From positions 42,293-106,292 of the forward strand of contig JABSQH010000010.1 in the NCBI GenBank assembly GCA_013213745.1: 64,000 nt of DNA, read 5' to 3'. The notes beneath the pieces were generated by a model, which made no database searches, was not told where the DNA came from, and was given only the letters and a program-made list of their open reading frames with translations. Shown here piece by piece: positions 39,221-48,311 of the stretch (its first letter is position 1; each line of letters opens with the position of its first letter). A program made the position numbers and the translations under genes. The stretch comes from Ilumatobacteraceae bacterium (GTDB lineage Bacteria; Actinomycetota; Acidimicrobiia; Acidimicrobiales; Ilumatobacteraceae).

Positions 39221-40585
39221 TCAACTCGACGAGTGCCGCGAGGCGCCGCGTGGACCGGGAGGCGGGTCGAGCCCTGCGCCTGGTCGCCACCGCGAGGTGA
39301 TCAGGCGGGCGCCGCGTCGGAAGGTGAGCCAGCTCCAGCCCCACGAGAACATCACGATGGCCCGGCTGCGAAACCCGATCAACAGCAGGATGTGCACTGC
39401 CCACCACAACACCCAGGCCAAGAATCCGGAGAACTTGACGGGTCCGAACTCGGCCACGGCGGCTGACCGGCCGATCGTTGCCAGCGAGCCTTTGTCGAAG
39501 TAGCGAAACGCCGGTCGCGCTTGCCGTGCCAGATCGGCGCGGATCACCTTGGCGACATGTTGTGCACCCTGGATCGCGGCGGGGGCGACTCCGGGAACGG
39601 GCTTGTCGTCGGAGGTCACCGCGGCCATGTCGCCGATCGCAAAGATGTCGTCGACGTTGCTCACGGCCAAGCTGGCATCGACGGGGATCCGCCCAGAGCG
39701 GTCGACCTCGATGTCGAGCTGGTCGGCGAGGATGGCACCGAGGCGGGATGCGGCGACGCCAGCGGCCCACAAGACCGTGAACGTGTCGATCCGCGATGTC
39801 GAGTCGGCGGCGCGTACGTCGACCCCGTGCGCATCGATGTCGACCACCATCGTGTCGGTCATCACGGTGACACCGAGGCCCTCGAGTTCTTCACGGGCGC
39901 GCTCGGAGAGGGTCTCGTCGAACTCGGGGAGCACGCGCTCGCCGCCCTCGACGAGGAGCACGGTGGTTTCGGTGGTGTCGATGTGATGAAAGTCGCGCGC
40001 CAAAGTGTGGCGAGCGATCTCGGCAACGGCACCGGCGAGCTCGACGCCCGATGCTCCGGCGCCGACGACGACGAAGGTCATCGCGGCGTGCCGTACCTCG
40101 GGCCGCGTTGCTTGTTCGGCCAGCTCGAATGCACCGAGCACTCGGCCTCGGATCTCGATGGCGTCTTCGATCGACTTCAGCCCGGGCGCGAACTGTTCCC
40201 ACTCGTCGTTGCCGAAGTATGCATGACGTGCGCCGGCGGCCAGGACGAGGTAGTCGAAGGCCATGCGGCGACCGTTGCGCAGTGTGACGGACCGTTCGAC
40301 CGGATCGATGTCGATCACCTCTTCGAGCACGACCTCGACGTTGTCCTGGTCGCGCAAGATTGAACGGATGGGGTGGGCGATGTCGGCGGGATTCAGGCCT
40401 GCGGTTGCCACTTGGTACAGCAGCGGTTGGAAGAGATGGTGATTGTGGCGGTCGATCAAAGTGATGTCGACGTCGGCGCTCGCGAGCCGCTTGGCGGCCT
40501 CCAGACCGCCGAACCCGCCGCCGACGATGACGACGCTCGGGCGGTCACCCACAGGCCTGCGGTCAGCAAGGAGATCATCAGCCAT
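39221..40585 (-). CDS. Type II NADH:quinone oxidoreductase-like FAD/NAD(P)-dependent oxidoreductase (NDH-2)
   Basis: Start at the ATG at 40585 (MADDLLADRRP). Dinucleotide folds VVIVGGGFGGLEAAKRL and FVVVGAGASGVELAG. C-terminal hydrophobic tail FLAWVLWWAVHILLLIGF. Confidence 0.85.
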   Translation of the reverse strand: MADDLLADRRPVGDRPSVVIVGGGFGGLEAAKRLASADVDITLIDRHNHHLFQPLLYQVATAGLNPADIAHPIRSILRDQDNVEVVLEEVIDIDPVERSVTLRNGRRMAFDYLVLAAGARHAYFGNDEWEQFAPGLKSIEDAIEIRGRVLGAFELAEQATRPEVRHAAMTFVVVGAGASGVELAGAVAEIARHTLARDFHHIDTTETTVLLVEGGERVLPEFDETLSERAREELEGLGVTVMTDTMVVDIDAHGVDVRAADSTSRIDTFTVLWAAGVAASRLGAILADQLDIEVDRSGRIPVDASLAVSNVDDIFAIGDMAAVTSDDKPVPGVAPAAIQGAQHVAKVIRADLARQARPAFRYFDKGSLATIGRSAAVAEFGPVKFSGFLAWVLWWAVHILLLIGFRSRAIVMFSWGWSWLTFRRGARLITSRWRPGAGLDPPPGPRGASRHSSS

Positions 40586-40797
40586 GCCATCGACGTTATG
40601 CCGCGAACACTCGGTCACGACGTCGTTGCGCATGCCGGTGGCGTGAATGCTGTGTGAACAGCCCTGCCGACACAGCCGTTTCGTTCAGCGAGGGGCTGTG
40701 TCGTCACTAGGTTTGCTGCATCACGGGTGGACTGACGGTGATGTCAGACACCCGTCCACCGCATGACCGACCACAGATCACCCCATGAGGAGGCCCG

Positions 40798-41658
40798 GTG
40801 AGCCTGGCTCGGCGCGCTGCTCGACGATCGTTGCTGTTCTTGGTTGCGTTGGTGCTGGTCGCGTCGATGTGGGAGTTGTACAAGTTGCTCGGACCCGAGG
40901 ATGGTGGCGAGATCTTCGGGTGGCGGATCATCCCAAAGACCAACGATCGGGCGATGCCACACACCTGGGAGATGGTGTCGCGTTTGGGTGAACCGGAGGT
41001 ACGCGGCCGCGACGAACCGATTTGGCAGGCGATCCTTGGATACGGCTGGTACACGTTTCGGATGGCCCTGGTTGGCCTCCTCGTGGGCACCGCATTCGGA
41101 ACGGCGCTGGCCGTGCTGATGGCGCGTTGGCGGGTGGTCGAGCGCGGACTGCTGCCCTACGTGATCGCGTCGCAGGCGATTCCGTTGATTGCGCTGGCGC
41201 CTCAGGTAGCGGCGCTGGGTGGGAATTGGGATCTGCCGAAGTGGATGTGGGTATCGACTCTGAGTGCGTTCCTCGCGTTCTTTCCGGTGTCGGTTGCGAC
41301 GTTGCGTGGGCTCAGCTCGACGCCGCCGATCGCCCTCGAGCTGATGGAGAGCTATGGAGCGGGATGGTGGCGCACTCTGGTCACCTTGCGTTTCCCAGCC
41401 GCGGTGCCGACGATCGTGCCTGGTCTCAAGTTGGCCGCCACGGCCGCCGTCATCGGTGTGATCGTCTCGGAGATCTCGACCGGTGTGCGCGGGGTCGGAT
41501 TCGCGGCCCTGACCTACGGGCAGCGGGCCACGTCGGACCCCGCTCAGGTGTACACGGCGGTGTTCGGCGCGGCGCTGCTCGGGCTGATCTTGTTCGGGCT
41601 GGTCGTCGCATTGGAGATGGCGTTGATGCGTCGGCGTCCTGCGGAGGCGGTGAGCTGA
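40798..41658 (+). CDS. ABC transporter permease (NitT/TauT family), first of two
   Basis: RBS gaggagg 6 nt upstream of the GTG. Six TM segments and an EAA-like loop LELMESYGAGWWRTLVTLRFPAAVP. Confidence 0.85.
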   Translation: MSLARRAARRSLLFLVALVLVASMWELYKLLGPEDGGEIFGWRIIPKTNDRAMPHTWEMVSRLGEPEVRGRDEPIWQAILGYGWYTFRMALVGLLVGTAFGTALAVLMARWRVVERGLLPYVIASQAIPLIALAPQVAALGGNWDLPKWMWVSTLSAFLAFFPVSVATLRGLSSTPPIALELMESYGAGWWRTLVTLRFPAAVPTIVPGLKLAATAAVIGVIVSEISTGVRGVGFAALTYGQRATSDPAQVYTAVFGAALLGLILFGLVVALEMALMRRRPAEAVS

Positions 41659-42482
41659 TGGTCGGTGAATACGCTGATGTGGTGCTCGTCGACGGTGCGA
41701 CGATGGTGTTCAACGCAGCGAAGCCGAATCGAGTTGACGCACTCGTCGATGTCGACCTGCGGGTCGCGCCCGGCGACTTCGTGTCGCTGATCGGCCCCTC
41801 TGGTTGTGGCAAGTCGACGTTGCTCCGCCTGATCGCCCACCTGCTTGAACCGACCGCTGGAACGCTCTCGGTCAACGGCAAGTCGCCCGACCGGGCGCGC
41901 CGCGAGGGCGACTACGGCATGGTGTTCCAACAGCCCGGCCTGTTCGAGTGGCGGTCGGTGCGCAAGAACGTCGAGCTGCCGCTCGAGATCGACGGTTGGG
42001 CTCGCGCTCGGCGGGCCGAACGAGCCGTGGAGATGCTCGAACTCGTGCATTTGGACGAGTTCGCCGATCACATGCCATGGGAGCTGTCGGGGGGTATGCA
42101 GCAACGCGTGGCCATCGCGCGGGCACTCGCAGTGCAGCCGGCGCTGCTGCTGATGGATGAACCGTTCGGTGCGCTCGACGAAATGACCCGTGAGCACATG
42201 CAGGCCGAGTTGCTGAGGATCTGTGCGGCAGAGGGGACCACGGTCGTCTTCGTCACGCACTCGATTCCCGAGGCGGTGTACCTGTCGACACGCGTCGTGG
42301 TGATGTCGGCTCGTCCGGGACGCATCACCGACGAGATCGCGGTCGGACTCGGAGGCGACCGCAACGAAGACACGCGCGAGGACGACGAGTTCTTCAAGCG
42401 CATCACGGAGGTGCGCGAAGCGCTGCGTGCCGACCGTGACGGCGCCGACGTCCGACGGGTGAGCGGGGTCGAAGACCGATGA
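41658..42482 (+). CDS. ABC transporter ATP-binding protein (NitT/TauT family)
   Basis: The ATG at 41658 overlaps the upstream TGA. Walker A GPSGCGKST, LSGGMQQRVAIARAL, LLMDEPFGALD. Confidence 0.9.
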   Translation: MVGEYADVVLVDGATMVFNAAKPNRVDALVDVDLRVAPGDFVSLIGPSGCGKSTLLRLIAHLLEPTAGTLSVNGKSPDRARREGDYGMVFQQPGLFEWRSVRKNVELPLEIDGWARARRAERAVEMLELVHLDEFADHMPWELSGGMQQRVAIARALAVQPALLLMDEPFGALDEMTREHMQAELLRICAAEGTTVVFVTHSIPEAVYLSTRVVVMSARPGRITDEIAVGLGGDRNEDTREDDEFFKRITEVREALRADRDGADVRRVSGVEDR

Positions 42483-43273
42483 CGAATCGGGTGGCGAGCA
42501 CGCTCGGCGTTCTGTGGCCGCCGGTGCTCTTCGGCGTGCTGTTCCTCGGTGCCTGGGAGTTCATCGTCTGGTTCTGGGGCATCGAGCAGTTCTTGCTGCC
42601 GGCGCCGTCTGCGATCTGGTCCGCCCTGGCCGAAGAGATCGGTGCTGTTTGGGAGGCGACGTACGTCACCGGAGCGAACGCCCTCGTCGGTCTCCTGTTG
42701 GGGGTTGCGCTCGGAGTGGCGATGAGTTTCGTGATGATGCGGTTCCGCATCTTCAACGATCTGGCGACACCGCTGGCCGTTGCCCTCAACGCGATTCCGA
42801 TCATCGTGATCGTCCCCGTTCTGAACAACATGTTCTCGATCAGCACCGAGGTGCCGCGGCGCTTGATGGTGATGCTGATCGTCTTCTTCATCGTGCTCGT
42901 CAACGTGTCGAAGGGTCTGCGCCAGGTGCAGCCGCTGCACGTCGAGTTGATGCGTTCGTATGCGGCCTCGCCGTGGACTGTGATGGTCAAGACACGCATT
43001 CCGAATGCGGTGCCGTTCCTGTTCACCGCTGTGAAGATCGCAGCACCCGCCGCTGTCGTGACGGCCTTCGTTGCGGAGTACTTCGGCGGCCGCCAGAACG
43101 GCATCGGCTACGGCATCACGTCGAGTGCCGCGACCTCGAACAACGACGTCACGTGGGCATATGTCGCAGGAGCGTGTGCCTTGGGCGTCACGTTCTTCAC
43201 CATCTCCGTTGGGTTGGAGAAAACCACCGTCAGACAAGCGGGGCCTCGTCGCCCCGGGGGAGCAACAACATGA
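42479..43273 (+). CDS. ABC transporter permease (NitT/TauT family), second of two
   Basis: 4-nt overlap with the ATPase gene. Six TM segments and the loop VELMRSYAASPWTVMVKTRIPNAVP. Confidence 0.85.
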   Translation: MTNRVASTLGVLWPPVLFGVLFLGAWEFIVWFWGIEQFLLPAPSAIWSALAEEIGAVWEATYVTGANALVGLLLGVALGVAMSFVMMRFRIFNDLATPLAVALNAIPIIVIVPVLNNMFSISTEVPRRLMVMLIVFFIVLVNVSKGLRQVQPLHVELMRSYAASPWTVMVKTRIPNAVPFLFTAVKIAAPAAVVTAFVAEYFGGRQNGIGYGITSSAATSNNDVTWAYVAGACALGVTFFTISVGLEKTTVRQAGPRRPGGATT

Positions 43274-44505
43274 TCAGTAGGAGAACACGGGCGCTGACCG
43301 CTGGTGTGGTCGCCTTGGCGTTGGTTGCCGCAGCGTGCGGCGACGATGACGACTCGAGTACCGACGACACGACCGCGCCGACTACGGCGGCCGCCGACGA
43401 CGACATGTCCGAAGATGCCGATGAAGCGGCCGCCGACGCCGCAGCCGGCGGCAGCGATGCCGCCTGCGAAACGGTGGATTCGGTGAGTCTGCAGCTGCAA
43501 TGGTTCACACAGGCGCAGTTCGCCGGCTACTATGCCGCGCAGGACCAGGGGTTCTACGAGGATTTCTGTCTCGACGTTGACATCGTCGAAGGCGGCGTTG
43601 AAATCGTTCCGCAGACGCAGCTGGCCAATGGCGACGTCGACTTCGCGCTGGCGTGGGTGCCCAAGGCCCTGGCCAGTCGAGAAGCTGGTGCCGACATCAT
43701 CGACATCGCCCAGATCTATCAGCGGGCGGGGACCCTGCAGGTGGCGTTCGCCGATGCGGGCATCTCGAACCCCGCCGACTTCGAAGGTCAGACGATTGGC
43801 AACTGGGGGTTCGGCAACGAATACGAGCTCTTCGCGGCGATCGGCCGTGCCGGACTCGACCCGGCGAGCGATGTGGAATTGATCGGCCAGCAGTTCGACA
43901 TGGTCGCACTGCTCGAGGGCGAGATCGACGCGGCGCAGGCGATGACCTACAACGAGTACGCGCAGGTGTTGGAGGCGGTCAATCCCGACACCGGCGAGCT
44001 GTACCAACCAGAGGACTTCACGGTGATCAGCTATGAGGACGAAGGCGTCGGGATGTTGCAGGATGCCATCTGGGCCGACGCCGAGAAGCTGGCCAACGAC
44101 GATGCGTATCGCGACCAAGCGGTGCGGTTTGTTGCTGCGTCGATGCTCGGCTGGACGTACTGCCGCGACAACGTCGATTCGTGTCGCGACATCGTTGTCG
44201 CCCAGGGTTCGACCCTCGGGGCGAGTCACCAGCTGTGGCAGATGAACGAGGTCAACAAGCTCATCTGGCCGGCGCCTGAGGGTATTGGCTATATCGACCA
44301 GACCGCATGGGATCAGACCGTGGCGATCAGCCTCGAGACCCCGAATCTCGAGGGTGCCACGGTGTTGACTGAGGAGCCCTCCGATGGCGCCTTCACGAAC
44401 GAGATCGTGGAAGAAGCCTGGGCACTACTGGCCGAGACGGGTGTCGACCTGTTCGGTGCGGACTACGAGCCGATCGAGGTCACGCTGAACGAAGGCGGCG
44501 AGTAG
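43270..44505 (+). CDS. NMT1/THI5-like ABC substrate-binding lipoprotein
   Basis: The ATG at 43270 overlaps the upstream TGA. Lipobox LALVAAAC-GDDDDSSTDD, then VSLQLQWFTQAQFAGYYAAQDQGFYEDF, the typical NMT1/THI5 fold start. Confidence 0.85.
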   Translation: MISRRTRALTAGVVALALVAAACGDDDDSSTDDTTAPTTAAADDDMSEDADEAAADAAAGGSDAACETVDSVSLQLQWFTQAQFAGYYAAQDQGFYEDFCLDVDIVEGGVEIVPQTQLANGDVDFALAWVPKALASREAGADIIDIAQIYQRAGTLQVAFADAGISNPADFEGQTIGNWGFGNEYELFAAIGRAGLDPASDVELIGQQFDMVALLEGEIDAAQAMTYNEYAQVLEAVNPDTGELYQPEDFTVISYEDEGVGMLQDAIWADAEKLANDDAYRDQAVRFVAASMLGWTYCRDNVDSCRDIVVAQGSTLGASHQLWQMNEVNKLIWPAPEGIGYIDQTAWDQTVAISLETPNLEGATVLTEEPSDGAFTNEIVEEAWALLAETGVDLFGADYEPIEVTLNEGGE

Positions 44506-44518
44506 CCGTCAGTTCGTC

Positions 44519-44566
44519 GTTCTCGGCGCCGTCGCTCGCATCCTCGCAAGCGACGGCGCCGAGAAC
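44519..44566. terminator. Perfect 18-bp stem / 12-nt loop hairpin between convergent genes (probable bidirectional intrinsic terminator)
   Basis: GTTCTCGGCGCCGTCGCT (44519-44536) pairs with AGCGACGGCGCCGAGAAC (44549-44566). No U-tract, as is common in high-GC actinobacteria. Confidence 0.6.
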
Positions 44567-44597
44567 ACCGCTCGCCCGGTGGGGCTCGGACGTGCGG

Positions 44598-44936
44598 TCA
44601 CGCCGAGCGAGGCGCATACATGATCACGCCGACGCCGGCGAGACAGATCATGGCTCCGATGATGTCGTAACGGTCTGGCCGGAAGCCGTCGGCGATCGTG
44701 CCCCAGAGCAATGAGCCAACGACGAACACCCCGCCGTACGCGGCGAGGATTCGTCCGAAGTTCGGATCGTCCTGAAAGGTCGCGACGAATCCGTAGCCGG
44801 CAAGCGCAGCGATCCCGACGCCGATCCAGGCCGCACCGCGGTGTTCACGCACGCCTTGCCAGATCAACCAGGCGCCGCCGATCTCCAACACCGCCGCGAT
44901 TGCGAACAAGGCGATCGACCGGGTCGTCTCAGCCAT
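44598..44936 (-). CDS. YnfA/UPF0060 family small membrane protein
   Basis: Start at the ATG at 44936 ([32 protein letters not shown]). Four TM segments and a conserved end [25 protein letters not shown]. Confidence 0.85.
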   Translation of the reverse strand: MAETTRSIALFAIAAVLEIGGAWLIWQGVREHRGAAWIGVGIAALAGYGFVATFQDDPNFGRILAAYGGVFVVGSLLWGTIADGFRPDRYDIIGAMICLAGVGVIMYAPRSA

Positions 44937-44999
44937 GGGCGCGACCGTATCTCGACGACCCGTCGGCGGCATGGGCGGCCCGCACGCTCCGGCGCCGAC

Positions 45000-45710
45000 T
45001 CATCGCGTCGATGTCCAACGCATGCCGGCAAGTGTCGGAATGTTGGTCTGGCCGCCGAAGTCCGGATGCCGAGCGAGCGTCGCTGGGCTGGGGCCACGCT
45101 CGATCAGGCGGTCGAGTCGCCACCCGGCATCTGCGGCAGAGCTGAGCAATTGTCCGATGGAGCGGTGGTGCAGCACGACGACGTCATCGCCGACCTTCTG
45201 GTGGATCTGTCCCGAGCCGAGGTAGTCGCCCCACCGCCAGAATACCTCGCCGTTCGGGTCGACCATCGCTTCGGATCGAGGTGCGGTGGTCACCGGGTGA
45301 TTCGAGACGACCGCGAGTTGTCCGTTGCGACGAGTGACTCGTCGCAACTCATGAAACAGTGTGCGATGATCGGCGATTGCTTCGACCACGCCGACGCAGA
45401 TGGCCCGATCGAACGAGTTCGTGCGCGCCCACGAAAGGTCGGGGAGCGCGGCGCGCACGGTCGGGCCGGCGGCTTGCGCCCGCCTGAGCAGTTGGGCGGT
45501 GACGTCGGTCCCGATGACCGTCCCACCGAGGCGGCGCATCATCTGCCCTTCGCCGCAACCGACGTCGAGCGTCAGGCCGTCGCTCCGCTGGTCCGCAGAG
45601 TCGTCCTCGAGCAATTCCTCGAGGAGCGCAAGGAAGTCGTCGGAGTTGGCCGGGTCGTCGCGCACCGCGTCGATCCACCACTCGGCGACGTCGTCCCATG
45701 CGTCGCTCAC
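45000..45710 (-). CDS. Class I SAM-dependent methyltransferase
   Basis: Motif I LDVGCGEGQMMRRLG, post-I GTDVT. 236 aa. The GTG start lies 13 nt downstream of the tmRNA 3' end. Confidence 0.8.
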   Translation of the reverse strand: MSDAWDDVAEWWIDAVRDDPANSDDFLALLEELLEDDSADQRSDGLTLDVGCGEGQMMRRLGGTVIGTDVTAQLLRRAQAAGPTVRAALPDLSWARTNSFDRAICVGVVEAIADHRTLFHELRRVTRRNGQLAVVSNHPVTTAPRSEAMVDPNGEVFWRWGDYLGSGQIHQKVGDDVVVLHHRSIGQLLSSAADAGWRLDRLIERGPSPATLARHPDFGGQTNIPTLAGMRWTSTR

Positions 45711-45723
45711 GACGGTGATCCCA

Positions 45724-46123
45724 TGGTGGAGCTGGGGGGAATCGAACCCCCGTCCATCAGCCGATACCCGAACCCGCTACGACCATTCCCGGCAGTGACG
45801 CTGACGCTGTGTCATCGGCGGGTCGATTGTCCGCTCGAGGCGGACCACGCACCGTCTTTCCGGTGGGTCAGCGGTCTTTCTCGCCGTCAGCGATCTTTCT
45901 CGCCGTCATCCTCCGCTTCTGGTGCCGGGCTGCGGTGGAGTGGCCCCGTGCGGCATTTCTGCTCACGATGACTCTTCGTCTCCCTCGCTAGCGGTTGCTA
46001 GATCAGGCGGCGAGAGTGAACTGCTCTGGTTTGGCAATTCTTTTGGTTGCCCCGTTTAGCGAGTCTGAGCAACTCGGGTCGCAAACTCGAACAGCGATAC
46101 TGACGTCGAAACCGGTCAGCCCC
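45724..46123 (-). ncRNA. ssrA: Transfer-messenger RNA (tmRNA), about 400 nt, predicted tag AKPEQFTLAA
   Basis: On the minus strand the 5' end is GGGGCUGACCGGUUUCGACG and the 3' end is GGACGGGGGUUCGAUUCCCCCCAGCUCCACCA. The acceptor stem pairs with the G3-U wobble. Tag ORF GCC AAA CCA GAG CAG UUC ACU CUC GCC GCC UGA at 46035-46003. smpB lies immediately upstream. Confidence 0.93.
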
Positions 46124-46228
46124 TGGTCGATATGTAGGCCGATCAGCGTATCGCCTCGGCTGCCGGCTCCGCCGAAGCGTTGCGGTGAGCGAAGGCGCTC
46201 CCTGTGGGCCGTTTCGCTCACCGGTGGG

Positions 46229-46732
46229 TCACATCTGGCGGCTGAACCGTCGGGTGGCTTCGTCGATCTCCATGTCGGCGTCGCGTTCGGCCATCCGTTG
46301 GCGCTTGTCGCCCTTGCTGCGGCCGCGAGCCAATGCCAGTTCGATCTTGGCCCGGCCTTCTTTCCAGTAGAGCCGCAGGGGCACGATCGTCAGTCCGCCC
46401 TGAGCCGTGCGCACGTCGAGCTTTTCAATCTCGGCGCGGTGCAGCAGCAGCTTGCGGCGGCGGTCGGGATCGTGGGCGCCGAAGCCGATGGCGTTGGTGT
46501 ACGGAGGGATGTGAGTACCGTCGAGCCAGGCCTCGCCATGCTCGATCCGGCCGTAGCCCTCGCCGATCTGAGCATTGCCTTCACGCAGGCTCTTTACCTC
46601 GCTGCCGGTCAGCATCAGGCCGGCTTCGTAGGTGTCGAGGATGTCGTAGTCACGGCGGGCGCGCTTGTTCGAGGCGATCAACGTGGTGCCGTCGCCGGAA
46701 CCCTTGCGCTTGATCCGCTTGTGCTTCGCCAT
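46229..46732 (-). CDS. smpB: SsrA-binding protein SmpB
   Basis: Start at the ATG at 46732 ([15 protein letters not shown]). [65 protein letters not shown]. Confidence 0.93.
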   Translation of the reverse strand: MAKHKRIKRKGSGDGTTLIASNKRARRDYDILDTYEAGLMLTGSEVKSLREGNAQIGEGYGRIEHGEAWLDGTHIPPYTNAIGFGAHDPDRRRKLLLHRAEIEKLDVRTAQGGLTIVPLRLYWKEGRAKIELALARGRSKGDKRQRMAERDADMEIDEATRRFSRQM

Positions 46733-46754
46733 GGGTTGTTGCACGCTAGCTGGC

Positions 46755-47174
46755 GTGTTGCGGGTCACCTCCGAGGTTGTCGATGCTCTTGTCGCTCATG
46801 CGTTGGGCGAATACCCGTTGGAAATGTGCGGGCTCTTGGCGGGTGGATCGGCGGACGATGCGGTCAGGTTCTACCCGTGCCGCAACGCCGCTGAGTCGGC
46901 GCGGATCTACACGATTGATCCCAAGGACCATCTGCGCGCCGAACTCGACGCTGAAGACCACGATCACGAGATCAACGGCGTGGTGCACAGTCACACCCAC
47001 TCCGAACCGTTTCCCAGCCCGACCGATGTCGACGCAGCGGTCGACCCGGCGTGGCACTACGTGATCGTCGGGCTCAAGCGCGGGCTCCCGGAAGTGCGCA
47101 GCTATCGGATCATCGACGGGGAGATCGTCCCCGAAGCGGTGGACGTCGTGGAGGCGGACATCGCTGCAGGTTGA
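46755..47174 (+). CDS. JAMM/MPN+ metalloprotease (Mec-like)
   Basis: [10 protein letters not shown] (catalytic Glu) and the JAMM motif [14 protein letters not shown]. The start is placed at the GTG at 46755. The longer ORF start at 46665 would overlap smpB. Confidence 0.8.
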   Translation: MLRVTSEVVDALVAHALGEYPLEMCGLLAGGSADDAVRFYPCRNAAESARIYTIDPKDHLRAELDAEDHDHEINGVVHSHTHSEPFPSPTDVDAAVDPAWHYVIVGLKRGLPEVRSYRIIDGEIVPEAVDVVEADIAAG

Positions 47175-47252
47175 CACCGCGTGACGCCGTGCAGGCGCCC
47201 CGGCGACTGCCTCGGTGGCCGACCTCGGTCACCCATTCGCAGGGCGCAGCGG

Positions 47253-47258
47253 TACAAT
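47253..47258 (+). promoter_or_regulatory. Candidate -10 box TACAAT upstream of the cysteine synthase gene, followed by a 6-bp hairpin GACATC..GATGTC (47269-47291)
   Basis: Read directly (gcggTACAATcc). No clear -35 element. Weak call. Confidence 0.25.
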
Positions 47259-47309
47259 CCCGACTAGAGACATCGGAATTGTCGAGATGTCCGCGATGTT
47301 GAGACACAC

Positions 47310-48311
47310 ATGACCTTGATGAGCGATCGCCCCGGTGTGGTGTTGCCAGGCGCAGTGCAGCCTGGGGTGCACACGAGCGTCCTCGAGATGATCGGCAACA
47401 CGCCGGTGGTCGACGTGTCGAACCTGTCGCCGAACCCCGGCGTTCGGATTCTGGCCAAGATGGAGAGCCAGAACCCGTTCGGATCGGTGAAGGACCGCAT
47501 CGCCAAGTCGATCTTCGAACACGCCGAGCGTGACGGTGTGCTCCGGCCGGGGCAGACGATTCTCGAACCCTCGTCGGGGAACACCGGGATCGCTCTGGCC
47601 GCTATTGCCCAGATCAAGGGTCATCCGATCAAGATCATGATGCCGACGTCGGTGTCGGTCGAGCGGCGGCAGATGCTGGAGGTCTTCGGTGCCGAGCTGC
47701 TCTTGACGCCCGGCGAAGAAGGTTCGAACGGAGCGGTGGCCAGGGCTCGGGCCCTCGCCGCAGAGCACCCCGAGTGGTACTTCCCGTATCAGTACGCCAA
47801 CGACGCCAACCCATTGGCCCACTACAACGGGACGGGCCCCGAAATCGTGCGCGACGTGCCGGAGATCACCCACTTCGTCGCCGGTCTGGGCACGTCGGGC
47901 ACCCTGATGGGTGTTGGGCGCTTCCTCAAAGAGCAGTCGCCTGACGTGCAGATTGTCGCTGTCGAGCCACCGCTCGGCGAGCGCGTCGAGGGCCTACGCA
48001 ACGTCGGTGAGGGGTACATCCCGCCGGTGTTCGAGACGTGGAACGGCTTCGACCTGCTCGACCGCAAACGGGTGGTGCGCCCCCGCGAGTCGATCGAATG
48101 GACCCGCCGTCTCGTGCGTGAGTGTGGCGTCTTTGCCGGCATCTCCGCTGGAGCAGCGTTGGCCGGTGCGGCCAAGGTGGCCGAGCAGATCGATGAGGGC
48201 ACCATCGTGTTCATCGTGTGCGATGGCGGCTGGAAGTATCTCTCGACCGGGGCGTACACCGACGACCTCGACGAGGCTGAGGCCAAGGCCGAACAGGTCA
48301 TCTACTTCTGA
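47310..48311 (+). CDS. PLP-dependent cysteine synthase (CysK/CysM family)
   Basis: PLP-lysine motif NPFGSVKDRIA, SSGNTGIALA, GLGTSGTLMG. 333 aa, downstream of the Mec-like gene. Confidence 0.88.
   Translation: MTLMSDRPGVVLPGAVQPGVHTSVLEMIGNTPVVDVSNLSPNPGVRILAKMESQNPFGSVKDRIAKSIFEHAERDGVLRPGQTILEPSSGNTGIALAAIAQIKGHPIKIMMPTSVSVERRQMLEVFGAELLLTPGEEGSNGAVARARALAAEHPEWYFPYQYANDANPLAHYNGTGPEIVRDVPEITHFVAGLGTSGTLMGVGRFLKEQSPDVQIVAVEPPLGERVEGLRNVGEGYIPPVFETWNGFDLLDRKRVVRPRESIEWTRRLVRECGVFAGISAGAALAGAAKVAEQIDEGTIVFIVCDGGWKYLSTGAYTDDLDEAEAKAEQVIYF

Noticed and set aside
40634-40797. TPP riboswitch upstream of the THI5-like ABC operon.
   Set aside because: The conserved CUGAGA and ACCUGAUCUGGAUAAUGCCAGCG-type cores are not present. 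Only generic hairpins are seen.
44598-45723. Genomic island integrated at the tmRNA 3' end.
   Set aside because: There is no integrase, and I could find no direct repeat of the ssrA 3' segment (GGAATCGAACCC on the plus strand) downstream. The flanking genes (a methyltransferase and ynfA) are ordinary.
47051-47302. ORF 47051..47302 as a candidate CysO-like sulfur carrier between the Mec-like and cysteine synthase genes.
   Set aside because: It overlaps the 3' end of the JAMM gene in another frame. Its product is Arg-rich, lacks a ubiquitin-fold pattern and does not end in Gly-Gly.
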